Below, one piece after another: positions 56,519 through 64,000 of a stretch of 64,000 bases of DNA (position 1 is the first letter of the stretch; every line of letters begins with the position of its first letter). Source of the DNA: an uncultured Muribaculaceae bacterium (GTDB lineage Bacteria; Bacillota_I; Bacilli_A; RF39; UBA660). The stretch spans positions 47,310 through 111,309 of the forward strand of contig CAYNFP010000004.1 of the NCBI GenBank assembly GCA_964396655.1, in the 5' to 3' direction. Both the position numbers and the translations under genes were made by a program. The notes beneath the pieces are model-generated. The model was given only the letters and a program-made list of their open reading frames with translations, had not been told where the DNA came from and searched no databases.

Positions 56519-57340
56519 TTACTTTTTATTTATGTTATTTCCTTTAATAATAACTGTCTCTCCAATATTTTCTTCTAATTCTTTTTTTGCAACTTTAGCA
56601 ATGTTCCCACCAATTCTAGCAACTCCAATATTTTCTTTTAAACCTTGGGGTTTATTTTTAATTGCAATTATTTTAGTGGCTTCTTCAGATAAATCTGTAA
56701 GTATTAATTCTATATTATCCATATTATCTCTAAGATTTTCTTTCTTTAAACCTTTAAATTCTTTATATTCTTTTACATTCATTCCAGACCAAGTCTTATA
56801 TATTTCATTTGTAAGAACAGCGTATTCAATATCTCCATTTACTCCATTTTCTTTCCACACATCTGTAAGAGATTTTCTTTCTTGTAGAGTTCTTATTCTT
56901 TTAGAAATCCAAGATTCATCATAACCCTTTGCTCTATAATTATTTATAGCTCTTTCCAAAGCAATTGACGGATCAATTGTTTCATCAATTCTCTCACTAC
57001 CAAGTCTAGCTAACCATTGCTTAATCGGCTCCGCATTCTTAGAGGAAATCGATTCTATAACTCTAAACATATTTTCAATATCACATACATCGGTATTATA
57101 ATACTTTCCATCAGAAGATTTAAGTTTCAGTTGTCCGATTTTTTCGGACAACTTACTGCCTTCTTCTTTTAACTTGTTTTTTAAATCTCCCCAATACTTT
57201 CTTGGCCTATCACTTTGAGAAAGTATGCCTACAACATCAACAATACTTACATAATATTTCTCTTCTTCTTTATCCCAAACAACTCTTATATTATTCTCTC
57301 CAAATATTTTATTAATTAAATGCATCTTATTTTCATTCAT
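56519..57340 (-). CDS. Bro-N domain / DinD-like DNA-damage-inducible protein
   Basis: N-terminal IRVVWDKEEEKYYVSIVDVVGIL (Bro-N pattern). The C-terminal half resembles E. coli DinD (KGLKKENLRDNMDNIELILTDL). Confidence 0.6.
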   Translation of the reverse strand: MNENKMHLINKIFGENNIRVVWDKEEEKYYVSIVDVVGILSQSDRPRKYWGDLKNKLKEEGSKLSEKIGQLKLKSSDGKYYNTDVCDIENMFRVIESISSKNAEPIKQWLARLGSERIDETIDPSIALERAINNYRAKGYDESWISKRIRTLQERKSLTDVWKENGVNGDIEYAVLTNEIYKTWSGMNVKEYKEFKGLKKENLRDNMDNIELILTDLSEEATKIIAIKNKPQGLKENIGVARIGGNIAKVAKKELEENIGETVIIKGNNINKK

Positions 57341-57404
57341 AAAAAAACCTCCATATTTATCATACGGAAGTTTTATTTAAATCTCTTTTAAAATAATTTC
57401 TAAA

Positions 57405-58532
57405 TTATTGTTTTAATAATAAATCATTATATACTTTATCAAAAGCATTTAAAAATTTATTAATATCCTCTACACTTGTAGAGTGGCTTATACTTATTCT
57501 AATTGAAGTTGTACTTATATTTGAATCATTAGTTATTGCTTTCAATACAGTGCTTTCATCTAAAGAAGAACACGCTGTATTTGTTGAAATATAAATACCT
57601 TCTTTTTCAATAGCTCTAACAAATGTTTCTGCCTTAATTTTTATTAAACTTAAATTAACAATATGAGGAACACATAATTCATTTGAATTTATAATAATAT
57701 CTTTATATTTTTTTAAGCCATTTAATAAAATTGTTTTTAATTTATCTACTTTTTTAATATTCTTTTCTAAATCATCAGTCATTATTCTTAAGGCTTTACT
57801 AAAACTTACTATAAGAGGTAATGCTGGAGTTCCTCCTCTAAAAGGAGTATTTTCAGTAAGTCCATAAATAAGTGGCTCTATACTAAGATTTTCTCTTTTA
57901 TATAATAATCCAATTCCTTTAGGAGCATATATTTTATGACCAGAAAAAGAAGCTAAATCAACATCATTTAAACATATTTTTGTCTTGCCAAGAGCTTGAG
58001 TCATATCACTATGAAATATTACTTTATCATTCTTTTTATTTATAATTTGTTTTATTGTTTTTAAAGGTGCTTTAAAACCAACCTCTGAATTAACAGCGCA
58101 TATACTAACTAATATAGTATCTTTGGTTATTAGTTCTTCTAAATCCTTTAAATCAACTTGTCCATTAGGTAATAATTTTACATAATTTATTTTAAATCCA
58201 ATACTTTCTAAATGATCCATTACATCCATTACACTTTTATGTTCTAGATTAGATGTTATTATATGTTTTCCAACAGATGCATATTTATAGGCCACACCTT
58301 TTATAGCAGTAGAATTAGATTCACTTGCTCCCGAAGTAAATATTATCTCTTTAGGTTTTACTCCTAATATATCACTTATTTGCTTAGTTGCTTTTAAAAA
58401 CAATTCTTTAGATTTCATCCCTAAAGTATGAATGCTATTAGCATTACCAATAAAATCTTTAGTAACTTTTATATAAGATTCTAGCACTTCTTCATTTACT
58501 GGAGTAGTTGCTGAATAATCTAAATATACCAT
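57405..58532 (-). CDS. cysteine desulfurase (NifS/NifZ/IscS class V aminotransferase)
   Basis: YLDYSATTP start, SGHKIYAPKGIG PLP-lysine motif, C-terminal Cys loop. Confidence 0.88.
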   Translation of the reverse strand: MVYLDYSATTPVNEEVLESYIKVTKDFIGNANSIHTLGMKSKELFLKATKQISDILGVKPKEIIFTSGASESNSTAIKGVAYKYASVGKHIITSNLEHKSVMDVMDHLESIGFKINYVKLLPNGQVDLKDLEELITKDTILVSICAVNSEVGFKAPLKTIKQIINKKNDKVIFHSDMTQALGKTKICLNDVDLASFSGHKIYAPKGIGLLYKRENLSIEPLIYGLTENTPFRGGTPALPLIVSFSKALRIMTDDLEKNIKKVDKLKTILLNGLKKYKDIIINSNELCVPHIVNLSLIKIKAETFVRAIEKEGIYISTNTACSSLDESTVLKAITNDSNISTTSIRISISHSTSVEDINKFLNAFDKVYNDLLLKQ

Positions 58533-58545
58533 ATTTACCTCCTTT

Positions 58546-60195
58546 TTATATTTCTCCTATTACTGTTAAAATAACTGGTCTACTTTCTGTTTCTTTAAAT
58601 AAGAAATTTCCTACTTCTTCTCTTACACTTGTTCTTATATTATTATAATCTGCATAAGAAGAATTAAACGTATTTTTTACAATTATTTCTAAAGCAATAT
58701 TTTTAATTTCATCTATTAATTCATTATTTTCTTTTTGGTATACAAAACCTCTTGTAGTTATTTCTGGGCCTACTAAAACTTTTTTAGTTTTTTTATCAAG
58801 AGTTGCGCTTATTAGAACTAAACCATTAGAACTTAACATTTCTCTATCTTTTAAAACTAATTCTCCAACATCTTCTGTACTTTTACCATCTATTAATACA
58901 TCATCTACAAATATGTTTTTTGGTTCATTAGCTAATTTACCATTTTCTATTGTTACAAAGTAACCATTTTCTTTTAATAAAATATTAGCTGGTTTTATTC
59001 CAACTTTTTCTGCTAAAGCACCATTTTCTACTTGATAACGATATTCTCCCTTTATAGGCATATAATACTTTGGATTAAATAATTTAATTAAAAGCATTAT
59101 ATCCTCACTTGAGGCATGATGTCTAACGCTCATTTCTTTAGGAACTAATTCTATATTTACTCCTTTTATAGCAATATCATTTAATAATTTAACAACTGTT
59201 TTTTCATAAGCATCATAGCTTGGTTCTGCAAAACAAATAGTATCTGTATCTAAAAGTGTTATAAATTTATCGTATCCTCCAACTATTCTATTTATGTTAG
59301 AATATGGTGTTTCTCTATCATTACTTACTAAAATAATAGAATCAGGATCTTTTAAATGAGTTAAATCTCCAATCATTCTTTTATCTATATCTAAATAACC
59401 TTCATCAATACTCATATTAACAATATTATAAAGTTCTTTACCCATTATTACAACTTTTCTATTTTTGTTTTTTAATGCATTAAATATTTCTTGTATTGTA
59501 TAAATATGCAAAGACAAAATACTAAAAATAATTCTACCTTTATTTTTATCTATAACTGATTTAAAAAAGTTTTCAAGTTTATGATTAGGTGAAGTATGAC
59601 CTTTTTTAGATGCAAATACACTTTCACACATTAAACAAAGAACGCCTTGTTTACCTATGTACGCTATTTTACCCAAATCCATATCATAGTTACCTTTCAT
59701 AGTTGGATCTATTAAAAAGTCTCCCATATAAATAATGCTTCCATCTCTAGTGTTAACACTATATCCAACTGATTCTGGTGTTGAATGAGTCACACTAAAA
59801 GGAAACACACTAAAACTTCCAAATTCTATTTTCTTATGTGCTTCTATCACTTTAAGATTTTTAATTTCAACTCCGTCTTCTTTAGAATCCATTTCTATTA
59901 TTTTTGATGTATATTTAGTAGCATAAACATCTATTTCTGGAATTTCCCTTACTAAATCTGTTAAAGCTCCCATATTTTCTCTGTGTGGATGTGATATAAA
60001 TATACCTACTATATCTTTTCTATTATCTTTTAAATATTTAAAATCTGGAATTACATAGTCTACACCATACATTTTGTCTGGCGCAAACTTTATTCCGCAA
60101 TCAAATATTAATATTTTTCCATCAACACTAATAGTGTAAATGTTTTTTCCATTTTCATTAAGACCACCTAAGGCCATTATATTAATTTTACTCAT
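58546..60195 (-). CDS. rnj: ribonuclease J
   Basis: Beta-lactamase HPHRENMG (HxHxDH-like) motif, beta-CASP and C-terminal domains. 549 aa. Confidence 0.88.
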   Translation of the reverse strand: MSKINIMALGGLNENGKNIYTISVDGKILIFDCGIKFAPDKMYGVDYVIPDFKYLKDNRKDIVGIFISHPHRENMGALTDLVREIPEIDVYATKYTSKIIEMDSKEDGVEIKNLKVIEAHKKIEFGSFSVFPFSVTHSTPESVGYSVNTRDGSIIYMGDFLIDPTMKGNYDMDLGKIAYIGKQGVLCLMCESVFASKKGHTSPNHKLENFFKSVIDKNKGRIIFSILSLHIYTIQEIFNALKNKNRKVVIMGKELYNIVNMSIDEGYLDIDKRMIGDLTHLKDPDSIILVSNDRETPYSNINRIVGGYDKFITLLDTDTICFAEPSYDAYEKTVVKLLNDIAIKGVNIELVPKEMSVRHHASSEDIMLLIKLFNPKYYMPIKGEYRYQVENGALAEKVGIKPANILLKENGYFVTIENGKLANEPKNIFVDDVLIDGKSTEDVGELVLKDREMLSSNGLVLISATLDKKTKKVLVGPEITTRGFVYQKENNELIDEIKNIALEIIVKNTFNSSYADYNNIRTSVREEVGNFLFKETESRPVILTVIGEI

Positions 60196-60289
60196 AATTT
60201 ATTTCCTCCTCTTTATATATAAAAGTTAAAATGGTATACATATTATATCAAATAATATAAAAAAAGTACAGTATTTTGATACTATACCA

Positions 60290-60910
60290 TTATTTAAAAG
60301 GCCAAAATGTTCTCTTTCTTGTAAAACTTTTTTGTCTTTCATCTTCTTGTTTTCTAATTCTCTTCATGTCTTCATCTATTTCGTGACGTCTTGCTTCTTT
60401 TTCTTCTTTAGTTCTTGTATCTTTTTTTGTATATACGATTAAATCAGCACCTTGTTTTTTTCTATCATAACTTTCAACCTGTTTAGGAAAGTATTCATAA
60501 TATACTTTTAAAATCATTTCTTTCATATCTTCAAAAGAAATTTTTGGATTTGCATAACACTCTACTATTGTACCTGGTTCTAATTCAAACATTCTTTCAA
60601 AAGTCAATCCAGCATATATAGCATCTTGTTGCTTATCCGAAAATTCAGGATTATTTATATATTTAGCTCTAATTCCTGACTCAAGACCATCCTCCAACTC
60701 TGATTCCAATACTCTTTTAATTAAATTCACGTGAGAAATTCTTAGATTTGAATTAAGACAAAAACTTAAATTCAATCCCTCTTCTTTTATTTCTTCTAAT
60801 AATTCAATAGCCTCTTTTGTATAAGATTTTGGACACCCAGTGCAAAAATATTTATCAGCATAAGGGTCAAAATCCAATAGTCTTCCACATGACGGACAAA
60901 ATTTTCTCAT
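60290..60910 (-). CDS. hypothetical protein with N-terminal zinc ribbon and K/R/E-rich tail
   Basis: CPSCG...CTGCP at the N-terminus. GGGAGTGAGG SD. Confidence 0.6.
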   Translation of the reverse strand: MRKFCPSCGRLLDFDPYADKYFCTGCPKSYTKEAIELLEEIKEEGLNLSFCLNSNLRISHVNLIKRVLESELEDGLESGIRAKYINNPEFSDKQQDAIYAGLTFERMFELEPGTIVECYANPKISFEDMKEMILKVYYEYFPKQVESYDRKKQGADLIVYTKKDTRTKEEKEARRHEIDEDMKRIRKQEDERQKSFTRKRTFWPFK

Positions 60911-60974
60911 AAATAAACCTCACTCCCTCTTAGATTCATTATTATACATATTTTTTTAATTATGTCAATTTTCT

Positions 60975-61568
60975 TTATTCACATGTAGTGCATACACTAG
61001 GTGCTACTTTTTTCATCATTGTAGTTAATTCTGTTTTTAAACTAGTTATTTTTTCATTAGTCCAATATTCTTTAGGGGTTAAATTTTCATCTGTTATCAC
61101 TGATGTTTCATTGTTATGACCTAATATAACTCCATCTTTAACTATTGTAACATCAGGAACAAATATTCTATGATTCCCATCTTCATCAAATAATAAATTA
61201 TCTCCTAATAATGACACGATTTTCTTGTATTCTTTTGTATTATTTTCTCTTATTTTTTTTATATTTAAATAATTTATTTTATCTACTCCAACTTCTTTTG
61301 CAACTTCATTTAAGTAAGAGGCATATGCTTGACACCAAGGACATTCTGGGAATCCCAAATATACAACTCCAGTTCCGTTTTCTAATATATCTATTACTTC
61401 TTTAGGATTTTTATATATAAACAAATTATCTTCATTTACTTTTGTATATTCAGAACTAAATCTTTCTGCATCTGTTTTATTATAATAAAGTAAATATACT
61501 CCTAAAGCTCCTAATAAAACTACAGCAGATATTATAATTAATACTATCCTTTTTTTCATCTTTATCAC
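60975..61568 (-). CDS. membrane-anchored thioredoxin-fold protein (CPWC active site)
   Basis: Signal anchor plus VYLGFPECPWCQ. Confidence 0.7.
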   Translation of the reverse strand: MIKMKKRIVLIIISAVVLLGALGVYLLYYNKTDAERFSSEYTKVNEDNLFIYKNPKEVIDILENGTGVVYLGFPECPWCQAYASYLNEVAKEVGVDKINYLNIKKIRENNTKEYKKIVSLLGDNLLFDEDGNHRIFVPDVTIVKDGVILGHNNETSVITDENLTPKEYWTNEKITSLKTELTTMMKKVAPSVCTTCE

Positions 61569-61632
61569 ATCCTTTAAATTATTTTATCATAATATTATTA
61601 TAAAAATCAATTCATAATAGGTAAAAGGAATC

Positions 61633-61660
61633 ACTCTTTAATGAATCAAGGCATAAATTA
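61633..61660 (+). promoter_or_regulatory. possible sigma-K-type (late mother-cell) promoter
   Basis: AC (61633-34), 17 nt, CATAAATTA (61652-60), compared with the consensus AC-16/17-CATAnnnTA. Lies 34 nt upstream of the CotZ-like ATG. Confidence 0.3.
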
Positions 61661-61693
61661 TAAGTGAAAAGAAATGAAGGGGTGGATTTATAA

Positions 61694-62119
61694 ATGAATA
61701 CTAATACATGTCCAGAAAATAGAGAATGCAGTGAATGTCTTGCCGAAATTCTTCGAGTAATACATATTCTTCAAGAAAACGCTTGTCCTGAGAATTGCTT
61801 AAATGCATGTGATAGACCAGCACTTGGTGGAGGAGCCAACTGTGTAATATGTAACACAAGACCTATAATGATATATACTTGCTGTGGAAATGGTGTTCCT
61901 TGGGCTATGCCGATAACAAGAACAGCAGCAGGTACAACAAGCACTGTGTTTAGAGTAGAAAAACTTGATGATTGCTGCTGTACATTTAGAGTTTTAGCAC
62001 CTAATCCAGATGAAACAAGTTTATATCCTTATGTATCAACAGATTCTATATTTACAATGGATATAAGTTGCATGTGTGCTCTTAGATGCTTAAATGACAC
62101 TTTTGTAGAGTGTTTATAA
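61694..62119 (+). CDS. CotY/CotZ-family Cys-rich spore coat/crust protein
   Basis: FRVEKLDDCCCTFRVL and DISCMCALRCLND parallel B. subtilis CotZ FRVERVHGSCATLSLL / DLDCFCAINCLNP. Confidence 0.75.
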   Translation: MNTNTCPENRECSECLAEILRVIHILQENACPENCLNACDRPALGGGANCVICNTRPIMIYTCCGNGVPWAMPITRTAAGTTSTVFRVEKLDDCCCTFRVLAPNPDETSLYPYVSTDSIFTMDISCMCALRCLNDTFVECL

Positions 62120-62121
62120 CT

Positions 62122-62149
62122 AGAGTTCAATTGAGCTCTTTTTATTTTT
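62122..62149 (+). terminator. intrinsic terminator after the CotZ-like gene
   Basis: agagttc/gagctct stem (one G-U pair), loop aatt, TTTTTATTTTT tail. Confidence 0.65.
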
Positions 62150-62199
62150 GTGGTTTTTTATTACAAAATGTAGTATAATGTTAACAGGTGAATAAAATT

Positions 62200-62511
62200 A
62201 TGAATTGGCAATATGTCATTATAGTTATTATTCTTCTAATAATTTCTCTAGTAATAATAAAATTAAGAAGGAAAGATTTTTCAATAGAAATAAATAAACT
62301 TATACAATGCCTAGGTGGTAAAGATAATATATTAGATGTAGAAGTAAATATGTCCAGATTAAAAGTAACTCTTAAAGATATGGAAATAGTTGATAAAGAT
62401 GGAATTCAAAAATTAGGTGCTAGGGGAATAGTAGAAGTTGATAACCAACTAAAAATTATTTTTGGGGCAAATTCGAAAGAACTCAAAAAATACATTGTAG
62501 ATTTAAAGTGA
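62200..62511 (+). CDS. membrane-anchored PTS EIIB-like domain protein lacking the phospho-Cys
   Basis: N-terminal TM segment, then LIQCLGGKDNILDVEVNMSRLKVTLKD, compared with the EIIB(Glc) consensus GGxxNI....HCxTRLR..LKD. Start set at the ATG after the AGGTGA SD. Confidence 0.65.
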   Translation: MNWQYVIIVIILLIISLVIIKLRRKDFSIEINKLIQCLGGKDNILDVEVNMSRLKVTLKDMEIVDKDGIQKLGARGIVEVDNQLKIIFGANSKELKKYIVDLK

Positions 62512-62537
62512 TAAAAATTATCACTTTTTTCTTTTTT
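62508..62537 (+). terminator. intrinsic terminator after the EIIB-like gene
   Basis: gtgataa/ttatcac stem, loop aaa, T6 tail. Confidence 0.6.
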
Positions 62538-62588
62538 TCGACAATTTTTGACAAATAAAAATGTTATTCTCATAATAGAGGTGGCCAA

Positions 62589-63797
62589 ATGTTGAATTTT
62601 GAAGGGTTAATTGTTAATATTATATTTATTTTATTTCCCAGTTTACTGCATACTATATATACTGCTAATAAACAAATATTAAAGGAATCAGAAAATTATA
62701 TTGTACTTGATTTCACTATAACTTTTTCTCTTTTATTAATATTAATTTATAATAAATTTTTTAATACTAATTATATTTTATATTATTTTTTAATATTATT
62801 AATGTTATCTTTTATAAAAAAAAGAGGAATAACTTCATTAATAATATCTATTATTTCTTTAGAATACTTAGCTTTTAATTACAATTTTAATAATATTTTA
62901 TTGATTATATTATTTGCTGGAAATATTATAATATATTTTTTAATCAGAAAAAAAGAGAAATATCCTATTATATTATTTTATATATTTTCAATAATCATAT
63001 CTTTTATTATTTATTATTCAAGTAAAGATTTTAATTTATTATATTTTATTATAAATTCAATAATACTCTATTTAATGCTTTTGGTTTTAATTGTTTGGTT
63101 AAAAAAGTCAAAGGAAATATTAGAATTGCAAAATGTTTTAAAAGAATATAAAAAACAAAAGCAATTAAAAGAATCTTTATTTAAAATAACTCATGAAATA
63201 AAAAATCCTTTAGCGGTTGTAAAAGGATATTTAAGTATGCTTAATATTGATAACAAAGAAAAAGCTTTAAAATATATTGGAATTATTAAAAGCGAAGTCG
63301 AAAGAACCGTAAATTTATTAGAAGACTTTATGCAGTTTAGTAAAATTCAATTAAAATGTGAAAAATTTAATTATAATATTTTATTAGAAGAAATCAAAAA
63401 TTTAGTAATACCTCTTTTTGAATCAAAAGGTATTAAATACGAATTTAAAAGTGAAGAAAAGATATTTATTAAAGGCGATTTTTTAAGACTTAAACAAGTT
63501 ATAGTTAATATAATAAAAAATTCTGTTGAGGCTTGTGATAAAAATGGTGTTGTTTATATTACTTGCTTTATAGATCAGAAATTTTTAAATATAATTATAA
63601 AAGATAATGGTGTCGGTATGAATAAAGAAACTTTAAATAAAATACTTACTCCTTTTTATACAACTAAGGAAAAAGGAACGGGTTTAGGAGTATGCTTGTC
63701 CAGAGAGATAATAGAAGCACATAAGGGAAAACTGATATATACTTCTTCTTTGGGTAAAGGTACAACGGCCAAAATTGTGCTTCCAATACTTAATTAG
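62589..63797 (+). CDS. sensor histidine kinase with a polytopic membrane sensor domain (orphan; no response regulator adjacent)
   Basis: About 6 TM segments, HisKA H-box ITHEIKNPL, N-box NIIKNSVEA, G-boxes DNGVGM and GTGLGV. Confidence 0.85.
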   Translation: MLNFEGLIVNIIFILFPSLLHTIYTANKQILKESENYIVLDFTITFSLLLILIYNKFFNTNYILYYFLILLMLSFIKKRGITSLIISIISLEYLAFNYNFNNILLIILFAGNIIIYFLIRKKEKYPIILFYIFSIIISFIIYYSSKDFNLLYFIINSIILYLMLLVLIVWLKKSKEILELQNVLKEYKKQKQLKESLFKITHEIKNPLAVVKGYLSMLNIDNKEKALKYIGIIKSEVERTVNLLEDFMQFSKIQLKCEKFNYNILLEEIKNLVIPLFESKGIKYEFKSEEKIFIKGDFLRLKQVIVNIIKNSVEACDKNGVVYITCFIDQKFLNIIIKDNGVGMNKETLNKILTPFYTTKEKGTGLGVCLSREIIEAHKGKLIYTSSLGKGTTAKIVLPILN

Positions 63798-63955
63798 TAA
63801 TAGTAAGGATATGTTGGATAATAAGGATAATATGGTCTGGGTCTATATGGATTAAATGCAGCATAAGCAGCTCCACCAGTTAAAGCCCCTAATAAAAATG
63901 GTGCCCCTATTCCTACAAATCTTTCATTAGTATAATTAAAATTATTAAATTTCAT
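63794..63955 (-). CDS. small Tyr/Pro-rich protein (53 aa, MKFNNFNYTNERFVGIGAPFLLGALTGGAAYAAFNPYRPRPYYPYYPTYPYYY)
   Basis: Hand-found ORF with a strong GGAGGAG SD. Its stop overlaps the convergent kinase stop. Confidence 0.5.
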   Translation of the reverse strand: MKFNNFNYTNERFVGIGAPFLLGALTGGAAYAAFNPYRPRPYYPYYPTYPYYY

Positions 63956-64000
63956 TAAAAATCTCCTCCATATCTTATAATATGAAAGAGACTTTTTTAT

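Noticed and set aside
47149-56924. Antisense ORFs within rnr, infB, nusA, the 48829 gene and the DinD-like gene (47149..48312, 48956..49198, 51276..52784, 53153..53335, 54452..54670, 56532..56924), plus 61211..61405 and 62406..62588.
   Set aside because: They are shadows of conserved genes with low-complexity translations.
63870-63885. An 11-nt match (cagctccacca) to the tmRNA 3' end, considered as a possible att-site remnant.
   Set aside because: It is too short, lies 22 kb away, and sits inside a plausible coding frame (GGAAYA). This is most likely chance.
1-64000. Mollicute-type genetic code 4 (TGA = Trp), considered because of the very low GC and the AFA tmRNA tag.
   Set aside because: Long conserved genes are intact under code 11, with Trp encoded by TGG. 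TGA also terminates ORFs at sensible positions, for example 62509-62511 and 7735-7737.
1-64000. CRISPR arrays, rRNA operons, IS elements, transposases and group II introns.
   Set aside because: I saw no regularly spaced direct repeats, no rRNA-like segments, no DDE or serine/tyrosine recombinase motifs, and no long non-coding gaps that could hold them. The largest gaps are about 150-240 nt.

Overview
This 64 kb window is a very AT-rich chromosomal segment (about one quarter G+C by eye, not computed). It appears to come from a low-GC, spore-forming Bacillota-type bacterium using the standard code: TGA acts as a stop and Trp is TGG. About 95% of the coding sequence lies on the minus strand up to ~61.6 kb, where gene orientation switches to plus. 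All domain calls come from motifs read in the supplied translations and matched from memory. No database search was run.

Most of the window is conserved housekeeping:
- rimP-nusA-ylxR-infB-rbfA
- rlmN-stp-prkC-rsgA-rpe
- cdaA-cdaR
- secG-rnr-smpB
- rsmE-mtaB-recD2
- cysteine desulfurase / thiI, and RNase J
- tRNA-Met(CAT), tRNA-Lys(CTT) and a tmRNA gene

I saw no rRNA, CRISPR array, transposase or integrase.

Several accessory blocks sit between the housekeeping operons. The candidates I rank highest for something undescribed are:
1. Two tandem, diverging 426/451-aa proteins at 32.9-35.6 kb. Each has a canonical type IV prepilin leader, Listeria-Bacteroides-type repeats and a Cys-rich variable C-terminus. 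No pilus machinery is in the window.
2. A run at 4.3-11.3 kb with no terminator visible by eye. It encodes an rRNA m5U methyltransferase, an HD hydrolase, an ASCH protein, a DUF4178-like protein, an ASCH+DUF4186 fusion, a YgjV-like membrane module fused to a GNAT, an FGase-like amidohydrolase and an MFS transporter, and ends in tRNA-Met(CAT). This could be an acylated-nucleoside or RNA-modification system.
3. Tandem BtaA/DUF3419-like SAM enzymes plus an SDR, next to tRNA-Lys.
4. Stand-alone LigD phosphoesterase and polymerase modules with no ligase or Ku nearby.
5. An ssrA gene inverted and uncoupled from smpB, with an orphan-gene islet and a holin/lysin-like pair beside it.

Two genes are broken by single-base frameshifts near homopolymer runs.
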